From Lingula anatina (Eukaryota; Animalia; Brachiopoda), in the NCBI GenBank assembly GCA_051362555.1, contig CM120647.1, forward strand, positions 10,950,651 through 11,014,650: DNA of 64,000 nt. The letters are read 5' to 3'. The position numbers and the translations under genes were made by a program. The notes beneath the pieces were generated by a model. It had not been told where the DNA came from, searched no databases, and was given only the letters and a program-made list of their open reading frames with translations. How positions within the stretch are numbered: the first letter of the stretch is position 1; every line of letters begins with the position of its first letter. This document shows, piece by piece, positions 11,901 through 25,407 of this stretch.

Positions 11901-14900
11901 AATATATATAAAAATACGTTTCAAATTATTGTAACACTCGCCCTACCTAATTTGCTCGTTAAGAATCATTGCTCGATGCCTGTTTATCTGAATGTACGTT
12001 TGATTCTTTAGGTGCGCGGTGTGTATGTGACACGCATACATGTACACCAAGACACATACTTAGACCGATCCATGTGGATCGAGCTAACTCCCTGGGGGTT
12101 CACCCTAAATTGCTATCAGCTCAAGAGGCTTAAATGTCTGTCACACCTACCGAATTAGCTAAGGGTAAAGATAATTACCCCCTAACAGTTTTGCTAGGCG
12201 TGACAGACGTTTAAGCCGGTTAGTTTGATAGTAATTTAGTGTGACTCCCCAGGGAGATAGATCGATCCAATATCTGTGGGAATGGTCCCTAACACAGACA
12301 GACATCCACACACAGACACACACACATACACACACACACACACGAGCAGAAACGTGCCAATGCAGTCCACTGCCTACCTAACACTGCAAGCAAGCAACAA
12401 GATGCCGGCAGCTCCTCAACTTGTCTGTTTACCATTTGAATTTTGTTAGATAAACGGAAATTAAGATTATGGTACAGCTCGAATGAGGGCCGTAATCTTT
12501 CTGTTATTGAGCTATGTTCATTGAGCCGGTTCTCCGAGATTAATCTCTTTGATAATCAATTGCAATTTTCTTATAGAAATCGAGGCATGTCGCGGTGAAG
12601 ACCCCGGGATCATTCAAATACAAATGTTTGCAGATTGTAAAGTCGCGAATGTTGCATTAACACAACACTTTAGGCCATGAATGTGGATTGTTTCATCAAG
12701 TACATGTTCACAGTATGTATGTCTTATGGGAAAATAACGTGACGACAAATGCAAGACATCGCATGTGGGGTTTAATTACTGTAATCTTGCATGCCGAGCA
12801 CGGTCATAACAGAATTGAAGGAAAATCGTATACTTAAGTCGCAATTGATCTTGTTATTTTTGCCAAACAACTCCTATTTTTATGCGTAAACAAGTCTCCA
12901 GTCTCCAAAGACGTCTTTGGTCCACCAAGAAACCATAATACAATGCTGCAACTTGTTGTTTTGCGATTTTCTTGGGTTTTGTAGAAAGGAACCAAACTAT
13001 TGACACCCCCAATTACAAACTACTTTAAACAGACCGACTACACCTTTGTCACGTACGTCAACCGATGATATATTTTAAAATGTGTTGACACGAAAAGGAT
13101 ATTTTCACATAGAAAGTAATACCTAAGCGATACCGCTTTACCTGCGTGTCTTAATTTATTTCGTAGCCTGGCCATTGCGTAAGAAGGTGACTGAAACGTA
13201 ACCCCCGCAGCCAACACGACCAATAACTAAACTTAACACCAAGAAACAACCTTGTGGAGTATTTGTGAAGGGGAGTTGAGCTCTTTGTACCTTAATTGTA
13301 TGGTAGAACCTCTCAGAACATTCCGGTACATCTGTGCTGCTAAGATATACATATCATAATTGGCCTTCAGGTACCATTAAAGTACTCAGTTATATTTTCG
13401 ATGTTCCTGCATCGAATACAGAAGTAAATTCGATATTTCTCAAGATCAAGACTCAATCGAAAGCTGTTTTTGAAGGCACCGTTTAAAAAGTTATGTTAAT
13501 ATTCATATTGGAGGGTACATTGTAGAAGTATCATGGATAAACACAAATTTCTCATAGCCCTACCTCTTGCTGTAACTCTTCCTTCTGCTTATCGTGTACA
13601 AATGCTTGGTCTCTCACCCCTGACTGGACTTTAAGGTCGCTGGTCATTATGTCCACCTTTTTGCCAAGAGTGGACGTTTTCTGTCTCTCCTCGGCTAACA
13701 GACGCTCCAATGACTCCACGCGCTTTTTAAAGGCTCTCTGGAAAGTGAACGGACTCGTGTGTGTGTGTGTGTGTTTTAATATACTACGGCGACACAACCC
13801 TGAAAATGACTCAATATGTAAATGTTTGTTGACATGGCAGTGACCGGTGTGACAGGAATGGTAGTCCCAGGAAATGAAGTCCAGGGTTATTAGAGTCTTA
13901 GGCTTAGTATTTAGGACGAAAGTCACCTGTACAAAGTAGTGGAGAACGGACTTTGGTTCCTAGCGAACTACCGTGCCTGTCACAGCAGTTTCAATGTATT
14001 TTGATAAGCTTGGATGGAAAATGTCGCAGAGATTAGCATAATCATTCTTATACAGTCCAGAGTTGGGTCTGTACAAGGAAGAAAGTGAGAACAAAAAATA
14101 AAAACAAAACAGGTAACTCACATCCCAGTCTTTCTGTATGACTTTGGTGCTGCCTGGTGTCTGTGCTCCTGACGTCACTGCAAACACGTCATCACTCCCG
14201 AGGCTGACGTCACTGATCACGCTGATGGCGCTTCTCTCGCTAGGAGTTGACCGTTCAGAAGAACCGGACTCGCTGCCATACCTAAAATGATGCAGTGGAC
14301 AGGTTTGCTTTTTTAAAAGCAAGTTTTATCCCAATTTTCTGATAGAGTGTATTTGTAGAAAAAGCTAGGCGTAGGCATACGAGCCCAAGCAATAATCTCT
14401 GATGAGCTGATACTATGGTAATTGCAACTCTCTGCCAAGAGATTAAATGCGACCCAGACACTGGTTCAATCTCCGTACAATCGTACAGCTTTTACGGAAA
14501 ACAAAATCAGTTGCAGCAGCAAGTGAATGTGAAATATCAAATTTGTATGATGCTGCTTATGCAGCTTTCTAAATTTGAATGGAAAGCAATTGATTTGAGG
14601 CGTGAAGCACAATGAGAGATACGAGCTGTTCAGAGAAATTGTCTATGAGGTATTCTAAAACAGGAAATGCTCCGCGAGATTGGAATGTGCTGACCTCTGA
14701 AATAAGGACTGCACTCCTATAAATAACTTGAAATAATTTGTTTTATTTATCACGCCTATGGCAGGTTGCTACGGTAAACGAGAAGTACGAAGAGTGCTGT
14801 AGACCTCTGAACCTGTACACAGACGTCTGTTAATTATCAACGCTTGGAGCATCCCACCAGGTACAGGTTCTTCCTTAACGGTTCTGGCGAAACCCATATC

Positions 14901-17900
14901 TTACCTGCTTTTAAGGCGTAATACTCAGTACACGTATCAGTACACGTCATTCCATAAATTAATCGCAACTGCAAATTACTGTTTAGCGTTTCAGTCAAAT
15001 GTTCCTGCATATAAATGAACTCAATTTTTAAGACAGACTAATTTCTTATACGGCCGGTTTCCCTTCACTGATCAATCTCTGTCATGTGTTTCAGAATTAG
15101 CAGACCCTGCCAACTTGTGCTGTAGATCAAACTTAGGGACCGTTCACAATGGATTTTGTCGACCTAGCTAATGCGCACTGACTCCACGGGCACTCTCGCT
15201 GAATGCAATCAGATTAACAGACTAGCACTCCTCCTGGCGTTGAGTAGAACATAAAAAAGCTGGTAAATATACGAGTATGTTGGAAACAAGAGGAGAGGTG
15301 TTAGTATGTTAATCTGTTGCTATTAGCGAGAGTCCCCGTGGAGTTAGCGTGCGCTATCTAGGTCGACAGAATCCATTGTGAACGGTCCCTTACCCGTCTA
15401 TTTCATCCTGTAAGCAGTCCGCTCTCTCCTCGACCAGGTCCAGCAGGTTCTGCATGATTTCGTTCTTTTGTTTCATCTGGTCCAACTCGTTGAGCAGCTC
15501 GCCCTCCGTGTGCCGGAATGTTCGCTTAAGGTTGCCCATTTCCTCCTTGAGTCCCTCTATCTCCCTCTCGAGCTGCTCGTTGGTGGCGTCTTTGGCCTTA
15601 ATAATGATCTGCAAATCCTCTGCAAAAGTAATCATCACACCTTCATGAGATGCTATTCCTTTAGATAACACGAACATATTCATGGTTGAAAAAAGGGAAA
15701 TATACAAACCAGTAACGTATACGACTAAATCAGAACTCTTGATAATTAAGAAATTGAAAATCTTTTCCCTTTTCTTTGTTTCTCTTTTTCCTGCGACAGC
15801 TGTCAAACATACATATCTGCCCTCTATTGTGATAACATGTATGATGTTAACTTAACTCCCTCGAATCATTGAGATAAATGTGCACTGCAAGTTATCATAA
15901 TTTTGGTCGCTTGATACAGTGTATATTAGTACGCCAGTTTCTTTTTATGAAGGGGAGAGGGCGAGTTATACAATACTTATCAACAGAATGTCCGGTACTC
16001 TATACTAAAGGCCAACTGAGCAATGAAGTAATTTCTATTCAATAATTCTTGCTGGAAAGCAGAGAAAGTGTGTAGAATCAAACAGAAACATATCCGTGAA
16101 TGTATAGCGAAAAATCAATCTGTGGCCTTGATATAGGAAAAGGCGTGAGGGCGCGACGAGGGCTAGTAGAAAAGGTCGCAAGTACAGGCAACGTAAAGTA
16201 GAACAACCAAATGGGTAACACAGACGCTCTATGCAGTGGTGTGTTTTAAATCTCATTCAGATAAGCCCACATAAGAGACAATCTGCCTTTTCAAATGATT
16301 ATTTAATCAAATTTAAAACGTGTTTAAGGTTTTTGTATAATCATAATTATGCACATTATCTGGACTATGTTTTAAATGTAAGGATTCAGGTCATAAATAA
16401 TAATAACTACACACAGATAACCAAATCATCTTACCGGTTTCTTCCTGAAGCTCAGCGATTTTATTCAAAATGTCACTGGTCACTAATTCCTTTCCTTTTC
16501 CCACCTCGGGAGTTGACGGTCTCCGCGTCTTTTGGTCGCGAGAACCACCTTCCTTCAACTCATTTAGTTCCCGGAGAAGTGTGCTCTTTTCTTCGGTCAA
16601 CTCCGCCAGTTTCCGTCTGAGCACGATGGATTCCTCGCCCGCCTCCCCCAACTGATCTTCCAGTTCACGTGATCGTTGCATGTCACTACCACGTTGAAAT
16701 TCCCGCCTGTTCACTTCCCTCGTTAAATCCTGAGTTCTAAAATCCAATTCTCTTAACTTTTGTTTTAACTCGTTGTTTTCTTTTTCCAGTATTCGATTTG
16801 ACTCCTTAAGTTCGATATTTTGAAAAGCTGCGTCTTCTGGCTTGATGGCAGGCACACTTTTCCTTAAGGCCGCCAGCTGCAGCGTCCGGTTCACTTTATG
16901 TAAGTTATCATTTTCCTGTTCTAAATGTTCTAAACGCTCTTTTAAGAATGTTGCCTCTGACTGCGTTGCCTCAAGCTGCCGTTTTACGTCAATTTGGAAA
17001 TCGCTGTCTAATGATCTGCTGCGTTTAATAAGCTGCTTCCGACCTGCCTCTTGCAGCGAACCAGCCTTGACCTTGGTTTTCAGCTCGAGGATCTCGCGGT
17101 CGCGTTCCACAAGCTGCCACTTCAAGCTGTCAATCTCGTCTAACATAAGTTGCAGCTCTATATCAGAGCCGTACTTCGATAGGTCGACCTTTCCCTCTGC
17201 AGCGAGCCTCTCCTGAAGGAATTTCACCTCCGCGAAAAGGTTCTCGTTCTCTTGCTGCACATCTTGGAGTTTTTTCCTTAGTATTTTGGCCTCCTGCTCC
17301 GCCACTTCCATTTGCAGGTGAAAGTCAGGTTCCGACTCGGAGTCGGACGGCGTCACCACTTCGGCAATATCCGGCAATGTTGGTGGCAGAACCTCTTCCA
17401 GAGAACCCTGTCGCTTCTTCGTCCCCTTGGCTCCCCTAGAGCCGCTTGGGGACATCTTTTTTAGCTGCATGGACAAAGTCTCGTTTTCAACCTCAGTCTC
17501 TTGAAGCTTTTTACGCAAAACTTTGACCTCCTCTTCCGTAAAACGAAGTTGCTCGCGAAGGTCACTCTCGCGCTCAATTACATCCTCGAGATCTCGCCTG
17601 AGGTGCGAGACTTCGCGGTCCTCCATGCTTGTGCTTTGTTCACTTATACTCCGTGTGAGGACCCGCTGAAAATGAGAGATAAATGTAAGCATCAGCAACT
17701 CTTAACCATGCATTCAGCTGACACCTGACAGATAATAATGTTATAATGCTATAAACATTCCATTATTGTCCCAACAAAAGTTTAAGTGTACATACAGAAA
17801 ATTCCTTATTTGGTACATCGAAGTCCACAAAAACAATATATTGCTATGTTATTACTCTGTTCACTTATCTCCATACACCTCAGAGCATTGTACATATACT

Positions 17901-20900
17901 CAAGCACTATAAAATCTTTGTCTCGGTTCATTTACGCTTCCATGTACACTTCTAGATACGACACATTTAGTAAATGTTATGAAAATAAAATATCTTCATG
18001 CGCTGAACACATGAAGCGAAAGGTTTCTTTAAGCTACCGATCAAAACAACTGTTATGGCATCTAGTTAACATTCCGGTGGAAGTTCCTTGTTAAGGGATT
18101 GAAAGAAGCTACATTTATGTCTAGTTCAACACGTGTGACGTGCACACGAGCATCCGACCGCTTTGCGCATGCAATATAAGATACTGTAACTAATGGCAGC
18201 TACGTTGCCTAAAAATGTCCAGATTTTAATTAAAATCTTAATTTCAAAAGAAGTATCTACTGGTAATATTCTAGCAAAACGTCATGCAGAGAAAAATAAG
18301 TAATCAGCGTTTGATTAGTAAAAAGTAGCCCCCAACAACGCATTTAGTAGAAGCAAGGTCAGAGAGCATGAGACGTGCGTAGAAGGCTATTGTTATTGCG
18401 AGGTATGCAGCACAGAAGCAGAGAATAAAGGTGTTCGGAAATAAAATGGTGATATTGATGTGTTATTTATCAAAATAAGCCAGTGACGTTTTATATTTAC
18501 TGGCAATTCTTTGCAACACCAGCTGTAAGCTTAATTACTTCAAGCACCCCGTCCTTTGTATGACATATTTCATTGGACATACTCTTGCCCACATGGAAAG
18601 CTTGGAGGCGGTGAGGTTTCTGATACAAGACTACGATTGTCGACAAAGGTATGACGGTGAACAGGAAAATGCACCATTCTACATTAAACAGAGGACATAT
18701 GTACCCGGCTCTCAGCCCGGTAGTTATTACACTGTGTGCATGCACTGGTGTTAATGTTTCAGAGACAGTTTGAGTATTCTGTAGTCTATGGACTGAAGGG
18801 CTTTACTGCGTTTGGATGAGACTCGTCTCAACTAACACAATTCGTATGCGCCGTTTTGTTTGTAAGGTGCAATTATACCATCTGCAGTTGCTAATATGTC
18901 TTAACAGTGCGTTCATGATTAAGACGTATTAATGCAGCGTCCAGATTAGAACGAAGACATCAGGAAGGAGAGGACGTGTATACAATGTTAGGAGACAAAC
19001 ATAGGTTTTTCGGAAGGAACCTGCCTCATCTTGTTATTATGCTTTCGCGTTATGCATTTCCCCTGTTGATTTGATACTTTAAAACATCTCCAAAAAAATG
19101 CTGTCAAGTACTTATAACTCAGACAAATACATCTTCTAAGTTTTATTTTAATAACAAATTCGACACATTCGTGCGATTAAGGGGAACTACACATGTTGGC
19201 CCCAATTGCAAAGGGCTACCATTTACAAAAATGATGCAAGACGCTGTAGTGAATAAGTGATGAGGCAGGCGACTTGATGACGTGGGGAAGGTAGTTGGTT
19301 GTGGGGTCCATGAAATAGATAACGCATGCGCATGCTGGATATCTGTACCTTTCTGTGTGATTACTCTTATGGCCACTAAGAGGCTCGATGGAGAGGGATG
19401 GCGGACATTTTGTCTGTCTGTTTGTCTACTCCTCCAGCCCCTAGATAAAATTTGAAGTGCTGCTGATAAGCATCTGTGCTTGGAAAAGATATTACTACAT
19501 AAGTCATTTGTGAACATTTCAGGGAACCGAAGGCCGGTAGTGACATGCATTTACGTATACTCGGGTTTCGAAATCTCTGGTGCTAAAATCTTGCGGTTTA
19601 TATTTGGAAGGCGTCCAAAGCTCTTGGCCTTGGCTCCAGTAGGTTAAAAACGGAAGAACAGAGGGTTGAAATTTGTAGTTTGCATTATTATTTTGTATCC
19701 AGATGTTGTCAATTTGTTGAGGGCATGTGTGTCAAAGAGACTAAGACAAAATAAAATGTATTTCGCTGTGGATGGTAGTATGTAAGTGGTAAAGACAGAC
19801 TGAACAAAGCAGATGTACATGTACGATGTAAATAGGCTAACTTGGAAAACTGCGTGTATTGCATTCATTCCTGTAAGTAGTTATATAAAACCAGAGACAC
19901 GCATGTATTTCGGCTAAGATGTTTTTTTCTGTTTTCGTTACATGTTTGACTCAACAAACACAGTGGCTGCAAAACGAGGTGCTTACTGAGTTAGAAAGCA
20001 AAGGGAGGCAACACAGGGTGTAGATTTGGGGGGGGGGGGAGGTGAGGCAGTGCAAGAAAAAGATGGTACAGATGGTGCTGATAGTCTCAAAAAATCATTT
20101 ACAAGTACTTTTTAAAAATGTGTACTACAGAATACACTGCGAGACTCATCGTTGTTGCTTTTTCCTCTTTACAGTTGAAAAAAGTATCTGTCCTAAAAAT
20201 GCAAAATTAAATGTAGACTTACTAGTACGTTTTTACATAACAGAATTTCCTCTTAATGTGTTTGTTCTAGTCGCGTTTGTACATGTTTTCATGGAATCTT
20301 TTGTTTGAATAATTTGGAGGCCCCCCGAGTTAACTAAGAAAGAGAAGTCAATGGACACACATTAACATACACAACATTAATAATGAGAAATGGACAGCGA
20401 GCGAAAGATCCACACCATTTTTTTAACTGTCACAATGCGAAATATTAAAGATACCAGATAAACTGATGAAGACACCCCATTGTTCCGACAATACCGTAGC
20501 AACGTTATAAGATGTTTCACATGTACAGCTTGTTTATTTCGCGCATCTGTAATTTATAACGAGGTTATTACTCACGTGAACTATGCCATACGGCCGAGAG
20601 GAGGTAGGAGGTAGGTAATCATAACCAAACAGACCTCATTGCCTGGAATCCTGGGATAGTCCAACCACTGACGCAACAAGGTCAAGTTCAGCCGAGCTTA
20701 TGTCAGCCTAGTAACACGTGTTACTGTTAATTAGGGCGGCATGGTTACTGCTGTGGGTCATGTGACTGTGGTTAAACTACAATCACGTGGTATGCGCCTC
20801 GCTATCGATATCTTGAAAGCTAAAGGCTTTGTCAGAAAATGTTTCATATCGAGGTTGACGCTGTAACATATGCCTGTACACTAAAAAGGCAGAATGTGTC

Positions 20901-23900
20901 AGGATTTTTGTACAAAAAAATAAAATACAATAAATTAAAATGAAATAAAATTGTAATATCGGTCTTTGCTTCAGAGGATGGATTACATGATTTGGCAAAG
21001 TCTTCTGCTTTGTTTATCGAAGAAATATCCTAGCTATCTTCAATCCCCCTATTCTAGAAGTTTATTATAAGTAGTACATATCTCTCTCTACTACGTGAAC
21101 AGTAAGATCTAAAAAGAGGAGCAATCTCCCAACACACCGCACTGAAAGGCGCAAAATGCCAGCAAACACACGGCTAGGCAGGCCACAACGCCAGTCAAAA
21201 CACACGGCTAGGCAAAACCAACATGCCCTATTTGTGTGCAGAACGAATTGGTGGTTGGATGCGTGGAAGTTCAAATGGTCCTCTTCTGCATGGTGCTTGA
21301 TATGAAGTTAGGTGGGCGTGCCAACCCTGACGAGGCATGCAACGCAATGTCTGCACTCCTCAAGAGGTTGACATTCAATCCTTGCAAACAACATATTCAA
21401 ACAAACAACATCTTGTTTTCTACAGTTACAACAGGTCCACCTGGAAGAATGTTTGGATTTGTTTTTTTTTTCTTTGTACTTGGATCATGCATCAGTCTTT
21501 TTGTTTGGGTTTCAATAATCTAGATGATTTTTTTTATCATATGGATTATTAATCTGTTAATGTGGTTAGTCATGTACTAATATATTTATGTGCTGTTTAA
21601 GATGAAGCGTGTGTATGAAGGCAAGCAGTCGTTACTATGGGCGTATTAGGTGTCAGAACAGAATATCCGGAAATGCCAATTTTTATGAGGAGTGATTTCT
21701 ATATTTTTGCTCCCTAAACGTTCCCCGAAATACCAAAATCGCTCAATTTGAGCGTAAAGTGTTCAAGTATTGGATATTCCCTCTACTTAAATTTCTGTTG
21801 GTGATATGTCTGTATGCAGATATAGTTCATTTCAATATAGAAACGTGCTTCAATTAGGCCACGTTAATTTGTTTCGATTAATTATGAAAACTAGACCACA
21901 AACAAACAAAACAGAGGTTAATACTTAGAGTTAACTGAGCACCTATATAAAAAACTGACTTCAAGCCGATGTGGTGTGTATATGCAACTGTGTACAAGGT
22001 GGATCCACGTACGCTTAGGGGTAATGGTCTATTTTACGAAGGGAAAAAATTTACACTAGCTTTGAATTTGGGGATTATGCTATTTTTGGGAGTTTATGCC
22101 ACTGAGGGGAAAGAAGGTTAAAATCAAACTCACTGAGTCAACGACTACCTTTTTTCGAAAATAGAAATCTAAATAATGAAACATTTAAAGGTGAGTACGA
22201 GTTTTGTCTGTCTGTGTCGTCCGGCAGAATTCAAACTTTCAGGAAAACTGATGTCCACCTGGCTAATGTGCACAAACTCCACGGAGACTCTTGCTGAATG
22301 TAATCACATGAACATAATAACACGCCTCCTCTTGTGTCCAAAGTACGAGTATATAATCAGCAGCTTCTCTGTATAATTCTACTCATTGCTTTCAGTGAGA
22401 GTCCCCTTGGAGTTAGTGCCCACTAGCAAGTGGGCACTTACACATTCTGAACAGGCTCGATGCCAGTCATGTTTGCATATAGCGCCAGTGAGCAAGTTAA
22501 TAGTAAATGTGCTACGTATGTGAAATCGACGCGTGAGCAACATGAGGGTGTCTGTATTTAGGCGCTATAAGTGGGCACAGTACTAGTGTACACACGAGTA
22601 TAATATTTGTTTGTTTCTTGGCGTGTATATGGGTGTGCACAGGCATGAATGTAGATGCATATAAGGGAGGGAACGTATGTTGGACTGTTGATAGGAGTGA
22701 TTTTATACAGCACTGTAGTTTGGATCACAGGGGGCGTCTCGATAGTCCGAAGGTTCATTGGTCCGAAAAGTGGTAACATTTTCATCGATTTTTTAATCAA
22801 GGGTTCATTGGTCCGAAGGTTCTATAGTGAATATTCGGACCAATGAACCTTCGGACTATTGCTACGGCCCCGGATCACAGATGTACTCGTACAACAGGCG
22901 AATTCTGAGAACGCAAGGTTGTACTTACCCGTTTGGGTTCTGGAGGAGGTAGGGCGTGGTCTTCACCCTCAGGGGATTGTCTTTTAGACCCCATGGCAGC
23001 ATCCCCTGGGGATTTGTACGCAGCCAGCTATAATGCAAAGAACGAGATGGTTAATAAAGGTTTCGTCTTGAAGACGTGTACAGAGCAGAGAAGGCCAGTA
23101 TGCACCAATATCATTGCTTATAGTTGGAATCTAAATAAAAATAAAAATCATTACGTAACCGCACTGATATCAGTGTTCAGTTTCATGTTGTTTACTATGA
23201 AAATAATATGTATACATAATAACGTGGGATATCAAACGTTCAGTATTATAATTACTACCTGAGAGGCAATCAGGCCCAAGCTTGATCAGTATATAGGCCT
23301 ATCTACATATATTCAATTATGAAACATTTGCATTTACAAAGAACAAGGTATAACCACGGCATAACTCTGCCAGAGGACTAGAAATGTTTTCTATTGCTTC
23401 CCGCCCCCTTAATCTAATATAAAATCTCTCTCTGTCTTTTTTCTCTCTCTCGATCGTTATGTCATTAAATATATGTGCATTATACCATGCACGAATTGAA
23501 ATAAAAATGCATATGGGATCCGTATAACGTACAGAATAAAGTTACCAGGGATCAATTGTTGTATGTCTAATTACTGTAGTTAGGCGTACAAATCACACGG
23601 ATATCGACAAGTTGAGACCGACAGTTTCACCTTGAAATTGTTCACATCGGTAACAAGCACGTGGGGTGTCCTGTATCCCTGAGCCTATCCCCTAGATCAA
23701 CCATGGATTCATATCCCCACTTAATATATGTATTACACTAACACGGAGACCAAGGGGCCGTTAACAATAAGTTTTGTCGACTTAGCTAATGCGCATCGAC
23801 TCCACGTTGATTCTCTTTGTATGTAATCAGACTAACAGACTAACACATCTCCTGGCGTCGAGTAAAGAATACGGAGAAGCTGGGGACTACATGAGTACGT

Positions 23901-25367
23901 TGGAAACGACAGGGGGGTGTTGGTCTGTGAATCTGACTGCATTTAGCGAGAGTCTCCGTGGAGTTAATGCGCATTAGCTAGGTCGACAAAATTCATTGCG
24001 AGCGGCCCCTAAGAATAATTGATCCTATCAACCACATTCAACTTGTTCACCTGTTCTGCGAGAAATGTACTTTCTTGAAAGCACGTGTTTTTAATACTTT
24101 TCTCTATCGCCAATTAAGCCTGGCGTTGAAGAAGGTTTTCCCAGGCTAACCATACAGGCAAAGTAAAATAATAGTTGCACAGTTGTTGATAATCCAACGA
24201 TTTTATGTAATATCAACTCCGTTGGCAGAACTCCTAGTAAGTCGATCAATGGGGCCATTCGCCCGTATCGACTTCAAGAAAAAAACCAAGCGGGAAAGAA
24301 CTTAAAGTACAAACAAGAAAGAAACACTAACTGCAGCGCGTGGTGCTAGTCTCAGGTGGTTCATTAGACGGGGGAGTCTTAAGGGAAAAAGGCAAGCTGT
24401 TATCCCGGAGTCAATGTTGGTCCGGGGTCAGCACAGGTCACCGTGTGTTTGTACAATCCTGGGGTCTAAGTACTCAGAATCTACCCAGACACTTGACGTA
24501 ATGTGTTAATGGAATAGAGCCCGGTGGGTAACTGTAATCTCAATTAGACCACGTCTACGCCGGGTACCTGGCCAGGAAACATCCGGGAATAAAACTCAAC
24601 GGGAAGTTGCCTCATTGCATGACCTCTCGGGATGAGAATCAAAATGGCGCCTTTGAACAACGTGACCCATTGCCTTTGACATTTCCGGCCATGGCTTGAT
24701 CAGTTGGGCTCCCAGGCCCTAAACACTAACATTCTATAGGCACTATATACCTGTACTATATAATAATTCAGGTGCTCTAGACTGCCGTTCAGGTACTTAG
24801 ACTCATAGAGTTTGTAAAATGTTTGAAATTCCAATGCCTAACCGGTGTTATTCGCTGGGACTTGGACCACGCTGAGCACCAACACAATAGTGTACACGTA
24901 CTAAGTAGAGGAATCACATATACTACAGTGTATATAGTGTATGATAATACAACGAAACTATATCCTATAAGATAATACAACTTTAATACTAGACAAGACA
25001 AGATGTTACATGTACATACTATGATAAAACTACTAATACTTCGGTACTAATTATTTTATAATACAAGTAATATACAATATGCGGTATGATAATACAGCTA
25101 ATATACCATATGATTATACAACTAGTATACTGTATGCTTGGTGATAACTAATTTACTATATACATTGCAATTTGTGTAATGATAATGAAACTAATATACT
25201 TTATTGCTTGGTGACAGATTGCTTTAAGTTAGACCTGATTGGACGTTGAACAAGTCATTTCACGTAAATATAACAGCACGGGGAATACTCGAATCATTGA
25301 TCAGAAACGAGTCCACTTTCAAAGCACAATCATTTGCCAGCAAGTTTACCTAAAAGCATGATAATAA

Positions 25368-25407
<40 letters not shown>

